Shown: in pieces, positions 15,101-30,700 of the stretch
How the letters are laid out: the number at the start of each line of letters is the position of its first letter
Position numbering within the stretch: the first letter of the stretch is position 1
Source of the DNA: Chrysomallon squamiferum
Lineage: Eukaryota > Animalia > Mollusca
Assembly: GCA_012295275.1 (NCBI GenBank)
Contig: CM022670.1
Coordinates: forward strand, 29,760,001-29,824,000
DNA length: 64,000 bases
Reading direction: 5' to 3'
Position numbers and translations under genes: made by a program
Notes under the pieces: model-generated
Told to the model about the DNA's origin: nothing
The model's input: the letters and a program-made list of their open reading frames with translations, nothing else
Database searches by the model: none

Positions 15101-16761
15101 TACCTGGACAAGGACAGACAATTCTGACAGATTTAAATCTCACAAAAAACATTAACAAACATTAATAATAGCAGAAATTTAAAGACTCAAGAATTAACTC
15201 CCTTTAAGTAATTTAATTTAAATATGTTTGTACAGAAGTTAAATCACAAGAAAGATAGCTTATATTGTGTCCGATTAAATTTCAAATATTAAAATGGATT
15301 TTTTTCATTTTATATTTACAAAGACACATACATATGTAGACACGAATGCAAACACAAATGCAAATCAAATGCGAACACACACACACACACACACGCACAC
15401 ACACACACGGTTAAAAAATATATCAGTTTCACTTGCCTGCGCACTTTTTGCACAGAACAATTCCCAGATTGACTGAGGCCCAGTGTGGATCTGAAACATT
15501 AAATATTTAAATTAAGTTTTCCCAAATATCACACAAATTAAAATCTAGGTTCAATTTGTTGAAGATGTTTAACTTAAAACATCTTTAAAATTATCCAACA
15601 ATATAAAATAAAATGTAAACAAATTTTAAAGGGTTTTTTTTGGGGGGGGGGTTTTCTTCTGTTTTTTGTTGAAAAAGCTGTTATTATCAATAAAAATATA
15701 CTCACTGGGTTCTTCACAATCTGCACAAATTTTATTGCTGTCATTTTTATACACTGTCATTAACACCTGAAAAAAGTAATTGTATAATTTATGGGTGGAT
15801 GGATGGATGGAAAAGACAAACGGACAGATGCAAAATGTGAACATTATGATAAACAAATATTCAAAAACACAGATTATCAATGAATGAATGAATTAAATTC
15901 ATGAATAAGATTATTATGATTATTATCACTGATATATATTCATTCTATGACACACTGTATTTAGATAAATGTAACATGGAGAGGTTGGGGTGAGCATGTG
16001 ATGTTCACTATATTTAGATCAATGTAATATGGAGAGGCTGGGGTGAGCATGTTGTAATACAGAGAGGCTGGGATGAGGACATGATACTTACACTATCATC
16101 AGCCAGTCCTTCAGCAATAGCATCCTCCATTGCCATCTTCCAATGCTGTGTCTCGGTTGCATTTTCAAAAGCAAGTCTGTAATTACAGTTACATTAAGAT
16201 ATACTGTATTCTTTCTGAACCTTATTTTTTTATGATAATTATTATATTTATTATAATTTATATATATTTTTTTTAAATTTACTGATTATTTTATTTATTT
16301 ACAATTTTTTTAACCTTTTTTTAAAATAATTTAATTTCAATACTTTGATTACAATAATTTAAAATACTATGAAAGAAAATGCATTTTAAACAAATTAATG
16401 AGTTTCTTTTATACATCTATGTATTTTTAATATTAATATGTATCAAGTATGCGGTGCCTGTATATAATCATACAATAATATTTGTGCCATTCCAACCAAC
16501 AGCTGAAATAGATCATTCATATCCACCTATGAACAGACAGGAAAGCACTTACACCAATGATTGACCAGTTAAGTGATAAATTAAAACTGAGAGATTTTAT
16601 TTTCATCATCTTTTTATTTGTCTGATTCTAAGAATAACTTGAAATAATGTTAGCCAAAGAAATTGAGACTATTAGTATAAAAGTAGCTGGCAGAAATAGG
16701 CAGAAAGAAGCTTCATCATAAACTTTTTTCTTCTTTCATGTGTTTATATGTACATGTGTGT

Positions 16762-16792
<31 letters not shown>

Positions 16793-18252
16793 TGTGTGTT
16801 TGTGGATATCATATACAGTACATGTTACACAAGTCTATATATACATGTTTGTGTACCAGCCTATACGTATATACTGATATGCATATATTTATGTAAGTGT
16901 GTCACTGTGTAAGTGAATGAAAGCACATACTTCATAAAAATGTATGCATAATTCTTATGTCTGTAAATTATATCTACATCTACTGTCAGAACAGGACAAA
17001 GAATTATAAAGTATTACCATGTTATTAAAAGTATTAAATTACTGTAAATATCATGCATAGTATATTAACCTGTTGCTCTGTTCACCTATTACAACAGAGG
17101 TGAAATAATGACTGACTGAGGAAGTTCAGGTGGATCAGAATACTAATGTGAAAATCACTGTACTCTTCTATTCCAGGAAGAGGATGTTATGTCCTATGGG
17201 AGAATCTATGGCTAACCTGGTCAGTGTATTTATCAAGTGTCTGGGGAAGGGGAGCTTTGTACAAGATTTGTAAGGATTATTCATGTCACATACTTCTGAT
17301 TTTCCATTCCTTGAATGTTTGGAAGCGAGACTTTATATATATATATTTTAAAAATAAACAAAGAAAAGTAAAAAAATGAAATTGTACTTAAAAGCTTATA
17401 TAAATTAAGATCCTTCTAATGCCAAGTTTTCTGGTATTCTGGTTTTTCTGCACCTGTATATATGTGCATTACCCAACATCTAACTGAAATTTGAGAGCTG
17501 TAACAATTTTACCAAATTATCTATTTTATCAACATTACTTATATTCCTTCCTTCTTTTTTTTTTTCTTTTTCTTTAATTTATTTCTTTTTCTTTTTATTT
17601 ATTTTTGAAAATTTGATGCAGTGTATCTATATTTCTGTCCTCAAAATTCTTGGTTTGTTTTGGCTTTTCTGTTATTTGTTTTATTTGATGCATTTTGTTA
17701 TTATTTTTGTTATTTTTTGTTGTTGTTGTTGTTTGATGACTAATCACATTCAGTTTAATCATTTACATTTTCATTAACTGTTTAATGTACTGCTGAAATT
17801 AATATAACTTATTATTTGTTCATTTATTTTGGTTAATTAATTTATTTATTATTAGTCAAAACTTACTTTCATTTTTGTTCAAGTAAGATTGGCTTTATTA
17901 GACAATAAAATCTTATATATCAAGTGCATTTCAGTAATTAGTATTCTAAAAATTAAACTGATGACTTAATGATTTATCCTAATCATTGATGTGAGATAAT
18001 ATTAATACAGAAGCAAGAACAACAGCAGCAACAGCAAGCTCCATCAACATCCAAACAAGAACACTAGATTCATAACTAAACATAAAATAAATTTCATTGG
18101 ATATGAAATAAATTAATACATCAACACAGTTACAGAAGACCTGAAAAAAGTTCAAACGGCTCAAAATACACATAGATTTTATAATTAGTATATTAGCACA
18201 TTTCCGTATACATCTTTACCGTGCATAGTACAATTTTATGGGTGTGCAGTGT

Positions 18253-18288
<36 letters not shown>

Positions 18289-19046
18289 GTGTATATGTGT
18301 GTTGTATGTGCAGTATAACGTACATTTGTGTTGTGTTTGCATCTGTTGTGTGCAGTGTAAATGTCTATACAAATATTTTCAGTGTATATAAATTTGTTAC
18401 TTCATATTGCTATAAGAACTTACATGAACTGAGCATAATTAGTTGTCAGTTGAAGTTTGCACTGTCTGTTGCCTGGGAGATCTTTCACAGATGCCAGCTC
18501 CATGCGAATTTCATGAATTGGTGAATGCAATTTGTAATCCTACCCGCAAATTAAACATTATATTAGTCAGAAAAAAACAACATTTTAATCAGTTAGTTTA
18601 ATTCTTTAGTACATTTCACTGACATGTTGAAATTTCTCAGCTGCTTATTTGAGGTATTATAATCATAATTATTATTATTAGTAGTATTATTATTATTATT
18701 ATTAATTAACTAATTTATTTATTTATTTGCATTCTTATTGTGGATATGGTATCTGCTTTTTTCAGCCAGTCATTCATATAATTTCATAAAATTAAAAATT
18801 CATATTGATATCATTTACTATGATTAAATTTCAGTTTTCATTATTTTTGTTGATCATAGAAATTAATAACATTTAATATCTAGTATTATTTTAGTTTTTT
18901 GGGGAGGGTTCGTTTGGCTTAGTAAGTGAAAATGATACAATCCCCAATACAATTAAAACATTTTTTTATACATTTTTATTATTTCAATTTTCAATTATTT
19001 ATTTATTTATTTTATTTTGAGGTTGGATTGTTTGGGTTGTTCTGTT

Positions 19047-19083
<37 letters not shown>

Positions 19084-19732
19084 TTCCAGGCAATGATTTT
19101 ACTGGTCCAAAATAAAAGAATTAAGATAAAAACTTTTATTATAATTAAAGTTATTGGGGATGATTAATCAGAGGATATAATTCTGTTTTCTAAGAAATTT
19201 CAATTGAAAAACTTTCACTGCTTGTTTGTTTTTTTCTGTTATGATTATCAGAAAGAAGAGAATAAGTGAAAGGTGATTTTTTTAAAATTTCTATTAAAAA
19301 TATATGTTTAGTTATTTCAATCTATCAACAGTTAATTCACAGAAAGAGGCAAGCAGTATTCAAACTACAAAAAAGGAGGTCACATTTCTGATTAAGCCAG
19401 TTAAAAATACTGTCACTAAAAATGTAAAAATTACACTTGTTAAGACAACATCATAAGCAAATTAAAGATGATAAAAGTAACTTATTAAGAATAAAATAAA
19501 ACACACATTACAAAAACATTAACATCCCAATCATGCTGAAGGAATCAAAAACAAGATACTAAACAATTTTTACCTCAAAGGAATGATAGTAGCAGAGTCG
19601 GCTTCCAGTAATGGATACATAAAATTTTCTCCCTGGTTCAAATCTAACAAAGCCCTGAAAAATAAATAAATAAATAATAATTACAATATAAAATAATAAT
19701 TTATATTTTTTTAAATAACCACAACAACAACA

Positions 19733-19778
<46 letters not shown>

Positions 19779-20748
19779 TCTGATGCATAGGGTTACATAT
19801 TAAGGAGCCTGACAAATACTACTTATCACTTCTTGAATCAAGAACAATAAAACACAACCTTTAAAATTAATATTATATTGAAGTAAAGTTATATTTTATT
19901 ACATTACAATTAAATACATAAATTAAATATATATACATACATCTAAGTATAGAAAAATAGTTGTATATCTGAATTAAATATTGTTTATCTCACCTGTTTG
20001 TCTGCTGTTGCATCATCAGTTTCTTCTCCTTCAGCATGCTAAATTGAAAAAAGATTTGAAAATATTATCAACATCATCATCATCAATGTCATCCTCATAA
20101 ATAAAGCAGTTTTACTTATGTAGGAGGACAGATAGCTTAATTAGCCAGAAAAAGAAGAAAGATAGATAGACAGAAATATAGAGAGTACCAAGAAATGAAA
20201 GGTAGATTTATATGATAAATTAGTTTTTAATACACTATGTATTTGAAGATGATATTTAACATTTGTCACTTCATCAATTTGGACTGGGATATTTTCAGTT
20301 TCAGCTAATACACTAATACTAATAGGTCTGTGTTCACCCAACATTTTCATACACACTATCATGGAAGTCCACAAGGATGATTTGATATGTGTTGTAAATT
20401 TTTAACGTTTTATCAGCAGATAAAAAAACAAGAAAAAAACAGACAACAACCAAAACAAAAACATTTTGAAAATTGTGCCTGGTTTGATGATCACACTATT
20501 TATCTTATTCAATTATATAAAACTGTAACCTATTTAAAAACATGAAGAGTAAGTCAGATTTAACTCAGTCCTAACAGATTTAGTACAGAAATAGGAACTT
20601 ACATTTTTCTGATACATAGAAATTGCAGCCATCAATATATTGCACCATGTTAGGCAGTCCTCTAAAATGAAATCAAATTAAACATTAATTTTCTGCTGAA
20701 AAGCAAAGTCTGATTATGTGTTTATGTGTGTATGCATGTGCATGCATG

Positions 20749-20796
<48 letters not shown>

Positions 20797-21703
20797 TAAT
20801 AACCAATAAAGCAGACAGACAGTTTTAAATATCATGTACAATGTGTCATCCAGGTTTTACAATATTCATTTAAAAATGGATTTACTTATTACAATAGCTG
20901 AGTAAATGTAATGAAATAAAACAAAACAAGTGTCAGTGGAATACTTACCTAGGGTCTCAGCACAAAACTGAAATGTCCTTCCTTTAGAACCAAGTTTTGT
21001 GTCTAGTGAAAACTTAAATTTATCTTTGTCACTTTTCTGAAATGTACAAGATATTACAAATTTTCTGACAAGAGTTATCCACACAGAATGCTGCAAAAAA
21101 TATATTATTTAGTTCTCTTCTCAACCCTCCATAAACTTAACCCTACACAACAGGACAAATAACACTCCTGATACACATATATATATGCAAAGACATTGCA
21201 AACATACTTGTATTTAAACTGCCTTATTAATAGATCATGCAATCAGAGCTTTGAAAGTGAATGCTGAAGCACTTTTATGTAGCAATACTGAACAAACGAT
21301 ATAATAAAACTAACTTATAGATAACATTAATGTCCAGTTTTATGTGGCATGCATGGGAAGTTTGGCTTATGTTGAAAAGCCCCAAAACAATATCAGTAGG
21401 CATATTTAAAAATGACTGGCTTGTACAATTATTAGAATTCATCGAATGTTCTTTTTATCTAACAGACATATATTGTGTACCTACCTGTACCTCAGATCTT
21501 ACTTCCTTCATACAGGATAATGGTATTATCCTTTTAGATATATGGCTCTGAAATTCAGTAATTTTGTTATTATTAATTTTTGTCTTTCAAAACAATTCAG
21601 ACTGAATAATATTAACAAAGCATATAAAGAACAGTGGACATCTTATATGGATATGTAACTTCATGTATACAAAACCAAACATGTAGGTATGAATACAGAC
21701 AGA

Positions 21704-21757
<54 letters not shown>

Positions 21758-24700
21758 AAGAATGTCACATCCCATTCAAAAGAAAAAATGAGAGAAACAG
21801 AGAGATACAAAATTAATGGCTCTGACAATAAAGAGAGAATAAGAAAAGAGAACAAACCCACATACAATAAATAAGTTACAGTACATCCTGAATATAAAAT
21901 TACAACTCTACAGGTAAACGAACCAGGTACAAACTGTAACAGATATTCAGATGAAAGTACACTCTAAGTAACTCCTCAAATGTTTTACCTTGTTGTTCAC
22001 ATAATATCTCAAATCTGAACCATTAAACACAACCCATCTTCTTTTCCATCCTTTGTTTGCCTTAACCCTGTGAATAAATAATAATAATAATAATAATAAT
22101 GTGTGTGTGGGGGGGTATGTATATTAGAATACAGTTAGCAGATAACAGAATAGTCTGAAGTGAAAAAACATTTATGCAAATACAGAATAAATTTTATATG
22201 TAGATTTTGCTATCTAAAAAAAGCCTAAAGTAATAAGGTTTGAGTGTGTATATCAGTAGAAATACATATTAGATAATATTACAAAGTAAAATTTCAGTTA
22301 AATGATAATTAGTCAACTAGGCTAACACATCTGCAACTTGTTTCTGAGATTACAAAATTAAGTTAATTATATGATACTGAAGTTTTTTTCAATTTAGTTG
22401 AGTTTCAACATGCTTACGTACACATTATACAATTTAAATATATATATTTAAATATATATGCGTGTGTGCATTCGAACACACACACACATAATATATTTGC
22501 TGATACACAAAGAAACACAAACACAAAATCACCACAACATTAAAAAGGTAATTGTATTTACTTGTATAATGTATTTAGCAGATTTAGACTTACAGTAGTG
22601 TATTTTATTCTGGCTCTTATTTGAGAAATTGTGTCATTTGGCACAGTCTTACAAGAACATATTTGTAATTGATAACAACTTTACCCTTTACCAGCTACAA
22701 ATAGTCAGCTTTTTTATCTTTTTTATTATTGATCTGTTTATTCACATTGTTATTTTATATATCTATATATTTTTTTATAATTTATTATTATTTAGAATAG
22801 AGGAAAAGAAATATTTTACAATGTAAAATTAGGAATCAGTGATTTTCTTTCTTAATTTCTTTTATTTAAATACTATAAGAAATCAAATAAACATTTAACT
22901 ATTAAATACTGAATTTCCAAGAATTCAAGTAACTTTTAGTGTTGTTTTAAAAAACATATTAAAAAATACAATTATGATTAAGATACTACTACTGCTATTA
23001 CTACTACTAATAATAAAGCTCTTCAAAAACAGAATACATTTGGTAACATGTTACATATCTTTACAACTGTACAAACAGATTAAAAGATAATTTCAAGGTT
23101 TTTTATTATAAATTTTGTTTCTATATTTAATGCTAATAACTGGTTATATACAAAACTAACAAATCAAAAACAATATACTTGGTAATTTGCCCATTAATCT
23201 TTTAACTCCAAATGCTAAATTGTACACAGACACACATGCATATACACACAAAGACACACATAAATATAGATATATTCATGTTATATTAATAACATTTAAT
23301 GTGATAAGTAAAGGAACAGAAATATTTTAAATAATATCAATAAATTTTACAGTACATTATTAAAAATAACTGTGGTTACTTTTTTTTTAAATATACTTCT
23401 TACAAATCAAATAAAGAAAAAGAGAAGTAAAATATAAAAAGAAAAGGCAAATAAGATAACAAAAAAGGTAAAATAGAAAGAAAATAATAAATAAATAAAT
23501 AAATAAGATAAACCACCAACCAACCATAAAAGTCAAATTAAAATTAAAAATCTGAAATAATGTTATAATGTATACACCACTTCTGAAAATAGAACAGAAA
23601 TTTGTAACCTTAAAGGAAAATAACGACATATTAAATTGAGTTGTAAAAATCAGTTAACTAGAGACTGGAAAGTAATGACATATTAAATTGAGTTGTAAAA
23701 ATCATTTAACTAGAGCCTGGAAAGTAATGACATACTAAACTGAGTTGTAAAAATCAGTTAACTAGAGCCTGGAAAGTAATGACATACTAAACTGACAAGT
23801 AAAAATCAGTTAACTAGAGCCTGGAAAGTAATGACATACTAAACTGAGTTGTAAAAATCATTTAACTAGAGCCTGGAAAGTAATGACATATTAAACTGAG
23901 TTGTAAAAATCATTTAACTAGAGACTGGAAAGTAATGACATATTAAACTGAGTTGTAAAAATCATTTAACTAGAGCCTGGAAAGTAATGACATACTAAAC
24001 TGAGTTGTAAAAATCAGTTAACTAGAGCCTGGAAAGTAATGACATATTAAACTGACAGGTAAAAATCATTTAACTAGAGCCTGGAAAGTAATGACATATT
24101 AAACTGAGTTGTAAAAATCAGTTAACTAGAGCCTGGAAAGTAATGACATACTAAACTGAGTTGTAAAAATCAGTTAACTAGAGCCTGGAAAGTAATGACA
24201 TACTAAACTGACAGGTACAAATCAGTTAACTAGAGCCTGGAAAGTAATGACATATTAAACTGACAGGTACAAATCAGTTAACTACAGCCTGGAAAGTAAT
24301 GACATATTAAACTGAGTTGTAAAAATCAGTTAACTAGAGCCTGGAAAGTAATGACATACTAAACTGAGTTGTAAAAATCATTTAACTAGAGCCTGGAAAG
24401 TAATGACATATTAAACTGAGTTGTAAAAATCAGTTAACTAGAGCCTGGAAAGTAATGACATACTAAACTGAGTTGTAAAAATCAGTTAACTAGAGCCTGG
24501 AAAGTAATGACATATTAAACTGACAGGTAAAAATCATTTAACTAGAGCCTGGAAAGTAATGACATATTAAACTGAGTTGTAAAAATCAGTTAACTAGAGC
24601 CTGGAAAGTAATGACATACTAAACTGAGTTGTAAAAATCATTTAACTAGAGCCTGGAAAGTAATGACATACTAAACTGACAGGTAAAAATTAGTTAACTA

Positions 24701-27700
24701 GAAACTGGAAAGTAATGACATACTAAACTGACAGGTAAAAATCAGTTAACTAGAGACTGGAAAGTAATGACATACTAAACTGACAGGTAAAAATCAGTTA
24801 ACTAGAGACTGGAAAGTAATGACATATTAAACCGACAGGTAAAAATCAGTTAACTAGAGCCTGGAAAGTAATGACATACTAAACTGAGTTGTAAAAATCA
24901 GTTAACTAGAGCCTGGAAAGTAATGACATACTAAACTGAGTTGTAAAAATCAGTTAACTAGAGCCTGGAAAGTAATGACATACTAAACTGACAGGTAAAA
25001 ATCAGTTAACTAGAGCCTGGAAAGTAATGACATACTAAACTTACAGGTAAAAATCATTTAACTAGAGACTGGAAAGTAATGACATACTAAACTGACAGGT
25101 AAAAATCAGTTAACTAGAGCCTGGAAAGTAATGACATACTAAACTTACAGGTAAAAATCATTTAACTAGAGACTGGAAAGTAATGACATACTAAACTGAC
25201 AGGTAAAAATCAGTTAACTAGAGCCTGGAAAGTAATGACATACTAAACTGACAGGTAAAAATCATTTAACTAGAGACTGGAAAGTAATGACATACTAAAC
25301 TTACAGGTAAAAATCAGTTAACTAGAGCCTGGAAAGTAATGACATATTAAACTGACAGGTAAAAATCATTTAACTAGAGCCTGGAAAGTAATGACATATT
25401 AAACTGAGTTGTAAAAATCAGTTAACTAGAGCCTGGAAAGTAATGACATACTAAACTGAGTTGTAAAAATCATTTAACTAGAGCCTGGAAAGTAATGACA
25501 TACTAAACTGACAGGTAAAAATTAGTTAACTAGAAACTGGAAAGTAATGACATACTAAACTGACAGGTAAAAATCAGTTAACTAGAGACTGGAAAGTAAT
25601 GACATACTAAACTGACAGGTAAAAATCAGTTAACTAGAGACTGGAAAGTAATGACATATTAAACTGACAGGTAAAAATCAGTTAACTAGAGCCTGGAAAG
25701 TAATGACATACTAAACTGAGTTGTAAAAATCAGTTAACTAGAGCCTGGAAAGTAATGACATACTAAACTGAGTTGTAAAAATCAGTTAACTAGAGCCTGG
25801 AAAGTAATGACATACTAAACTGACAGGTAAAAATCAGTTAACTAGAGCCTGGAAAGTAATGACATACTAAACTGACAGGTAAAAATCAGTTAACTAGAGC
25901 CTGGAAAGTAATGACATACTAAACTTACAGGTAAAAATCATTTAACTAGAGACTGGAAAGTAATGACATACTAAACTGACAGGTAAAAATCAGTTAACTA
26001 GAGCCTGGAAAGTAATGACATACTAAACTTACAGGTAAAAATCATTTATCTAGAGACTGGAAAGTAATGACATACTAAACTGACAGGTAAAAATCAGTTA
26101 ACTAGAGCCTGGAAAGTAATGACATACTAAACTGACAGGTAAAAATCATTTAACTAGAGACTGGAAAGTAATGACATACTAAACTTACAGGTAAAAATCA
26201 GTTAACTAGAGCCTGGAAAGTAATGACATACTAAACTGAGTTGTAAAAATCAGTTAACTAGAGCCTGGAAAGTAATGACATATTAAACTGAGTTGTAAAA
26301 ATCAGTTAACTAGAGCCTGGAAAGTAATGACATACTAAACTGAGTTGTAAAAATCAGTTAACTAGAGCCTGGAAAGTAATGACATACTAAACTGAGTTGT
26401 AAAAATCAGTTAACTAGAGCCTGGAAAGTAATGACATACTAAACTGAGTTGTAAAAATCAGTTAACTAGAGCCTGGAAAGTAATGACATACTAAACTGAG
26501 TTGTAAAAATGAGTTAACTAGAGCCTGGAAAGTAATGACATACTAAACTGAGTTGTAAAAATCAGTTAACTAGAGACTGGAAAGTAATGACATACTAAAT
26601 TGAGTTGTAAAAATCAGTTAACTAGAGCCTGGAAAGTAATGACATACTAAACTGACAGGTAAAAATCAGTTAACTAGACTGGAAAGTAATGACATACTAA
26701 ACTGACATATGTGTCTATGTTAAAAGAGTTGGAATTGAAAGAAAAAGGAAAGCGTGACACACGAACAAACACAAATAGAAAGACTGAGGGTAAGAGAAAG
26801 AAAAAAAAAAATGCAAGCAAATTATATTTGTACATGGTTCATTTACTGTATTAGTTTGTGTAACTCATACACTGTTTTTGTGAACATATGGAATGTGTTT
26901 CAACCACTGAATAGACAAAGAACATACAAATATGTGAAATTAGACAAAGGATAAAGATCTTTTTATAAAGTTTGCAGTCACAACTTGATAATCTACTACC
27001 ATACTAAGGTATATATATATATATATATATATGTAGACAGATAGATAGATAGATAGATAGGTAGATAGATAGATAAATAGATTACCTAAAGGATTAAACA
27101 AAAAACAAAAAAACAAAAATCAAAAATGAAATAACTTTATTTATTTTCTTAAATTAGTAGAAAAAGGAAAGAAAAGAGAAGACATTTGTTAACTTTAGAA
27201 CCTGATCTTTAGAAAAACAAAACATTCTTTTCTACACTCAAACATACCAAGACAGATTATCAATCTTTGTTGACCATCTGAAAAATGTCATTGTGACTAC
27301 AAAATTATAAATGATCAACTTGTAACATAATATCAAATATAAATTAAGTATAGTTATATAGATATCAAAAACAAATATAAAAACTGATAAAATCAGAAAC
27401 AGAATAAAAATATAAAATAATCAGAATATAATCAGAGAGACTAAAAAAATAGATATATATATAAGAAAGATTGATGAATATAACTAGAATTAAAAAAATA
27501 ATAATACAAAAGAAAGAAAGGTAGAAAATAAAACTACAAGAAAAAAAGACATATACACAAACATATATATTGACATATTACAAATAGATAATAGTTTTAT
27601 TTATTATGGCACTAGAATATCTGTATCACAATTAGTAAACTGATAAATACATGTGTTATTCACTAGTTAACTTCCTTATTACATATGTCCAAATGTACTA

Positions 27701-30700
27701 TATGGTACAAAAATATATTTAAGGCCATAGGGAAACAATCACTGTGACAACAGTAAAACAAATATAGTTGTCATTACCTGTAACACAGGTTGTATAGAAA
27801 GTGTATGAAATGGAAATATGTAATTAATTTATAGAAACCAGAAAAATCATTTTTTGTACTTAAAGTTGCCATCATTTTATAGACTTTATTTATGATTATT
27901 AAGAGTAAAGTGTGAATCATTTCAAGTCAAATCACCCAAAATAACAGGAAACTGAAATCAGTAAACTTGTAATTGTTTGAGACATCACTGAAAATATCTG
28001 ACATTTGAAGAACTATCTGTTAATTATGACAACACATGATAATTTTTAGTCTGTGATTTTCGTTTGTCTGCTAGTATCAAAATGTGATCAAATAAAACTG
28101 ATAACCTTTTGACTGTTTATGACAATGAAACTGATAAGAATATAACACAACAATCAGACTTTGCATTCTGCATATCTTCAGGTTAAAACTTTTCAGAAAT
28201 TTAAACTGTACTTTGAAATAAATACTAAATACATGTACTCAATAAATGATGCAACCAAATTATAGATTTTCTATGATATCAATATTTACAACCAGCATGA
28301 ATAAATAAGAACAAATAGTGCAAATATCTTAAATGTTTGTATATATACATATTTATATATGTATGTATTCAAGTGCATATGCATTTTTTTATGCATAAAT
28401 TCATGCAGATATATATATGTATATATGCATGTGCATATGTACATGTGCTTAGTGCATGCTAAATCCATACAAATTATTCTGAGCAATGATTAGTTATGAC
28501 TTAGAATAATATTTAACAATTCCAATTATTCAAATGAAAACTTTTAAAACTATAATTTTAAATGACTGTATTCACATTAAAATAATATTTGTATACATAC
28601 CCTCCTTGCTTGTGCAAATAACCATATCTTTCTGATGCCTTTGGCTAGAAAAGAAACGTAAACAAATATAAGTAAATAAATTAATAAACAAGTTAGTTCT
28701 GACACTAAATTTACTTGATTAGTAAAACTTAATAATTACTTTGTTTAAATAACAAAAACCATTTTAAGTGTATTATTCAAATAAATTACTAAAATAAATC
28801 TGACAGCTATTTATTGCTCATATTTTAATCAAATGTTAAGATATATACTGATGTGAACAATATTAAACTGTTGAGATGATAAAACAAAGCACTCACAGTT
28901 GGGCTGGACACAATAGGAACTGGCATGCCCATTCCAGTATTTCTTACAGGCACGCCAGTCTTTATGTATACTTCATCAGAACTGTCACTGCTGTCAACAT
29001 CTGAAAACAACCAACCATTACTTTTTATCATTTTACATAGCCATGTGTAAAATACACATACACAGATATGCAATCAGTGTTACATACACATATACGCATA
29101 TGTAAGAAGAAATATAAACATACTCAAATATATTATTTATGTACATTAAATGCATGCATGCAAGCATACATTCAAACATACAGATATATATTATTTTACA
29201 TTCATATACACATACATCATGTACATTCATATATACATAATACTTCTAGTAAATTACTGCCAATATGTAAATTTTAAATTTGTATAGGTACATTGTGTGT
29301 ATGTGTGTGTGTGTGTGTCCCTGTGTGTGTTTGTATCTGTCTGTATGTATATAAGAATTAAAACAAAAATCTTGGTCAAGTAGGTCCGAGCCAACAAGCT
29401 TTAACAAGAAGAATTAACATGAAAACAAATCATCACAACTTGAAAAACAGAAACAGAAATATGACGTACTTGGTTTTCAGGATATTATATTAATCAAAGG
29501 ATTTTAAAACTTAATTTTCAGCATAATTAAAACAAAATAAAAATAAACTCAAGCCTTCTTCTTCCTCTTGATATTTTAATAGTTTGTAATACTACTTTTT
29601 AAAAGGTTATTTATTTTTTTGTTTTAATTTTCTGTTGTTGAAAAAAAAAGACAACTAAACCATCATGCATAACAATGTATGACCAATGCAGGGCAGCTGT
29701 AATGTTACATAGGACTGTATACAGTCATACTACCTCTGAAAACAACAAATATTGTGAACCCAATGGTATTTAAAGTACTCTTCTAATATGTACTTCACAT
29801 GTAACTGCAGTTTGGCCTACCCTGGTTTAAGTGAGATATCCAAGTTTGCAATGCAGCACAACCATTTTGCTTTCCTAGTCCATAGCAGCATGGCAAATGA
29901 TTTAGATCCATATACATATGTGATTATTTCAGTTATAGGATATTTAGGTATAATTGTTACTTTTATAGATCACACACACACATGCAGACACAAACAACAA
30001 CACTAAACACAAAAATAAAGACAAAAATAATGTATTATCTTAAATTCAAAATAAAACTAAGTTTTTCTAGGGAATCAAAATGGCTGACTGACACTTAATA
30101 TAACGTTAAGAAAAAGAAAAGAAAAGAAAAGAAAATGCTGTGGTATCTTATATAAACAAACAGCATGTGACTATAATCTGTTATGTAACAAAGAAACAGC
30201 ATTTCTTTACTTTTATCATAATGAATTAATATTTAAACAACATTTATTATTAATATTTTCTTGTTCAATGAAGATATAAAAAAGAAACCCAGCACTGGCA
30301 CAATGTTACAGTTACTAGACTGAACAGGAAAACCTCTGAACTACTGTCTGTTGTTCTTTTCATAATAAAAAAAGTGATAAAAAATATATGTATATGTGTG
30401 TCTGTGAGCGTGAGTATTGTGTGTGTGCACATGCCAATGCCTGTGTATATGTATACATGTATATAAGTGCAGATGGGCTTGGGGTATTATGTGTTTTTAT
30501 TAAGTTAATTTTGTTTAATGCTTTCTCCTGAACTTACTTCCAAGACCATACATTAAATTCATTAGCCAGGTATATCGTATGACTGTTTCTCTGTAACTCA
30601 CTTATTTTGTGTCTGTATGTGTATGTATGTATGTTTGTAAGTATATATGTTTCCATGTTTGTATGTTGTATATATGTATGCATGCATGAATGAATGGATT

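Noticed and set aside
23625-26707. CRISPR-like array
   Set aside because: Units are head-to-tail with no unique spacers, there are no cas genes, and the context is a eukaryotic intron.
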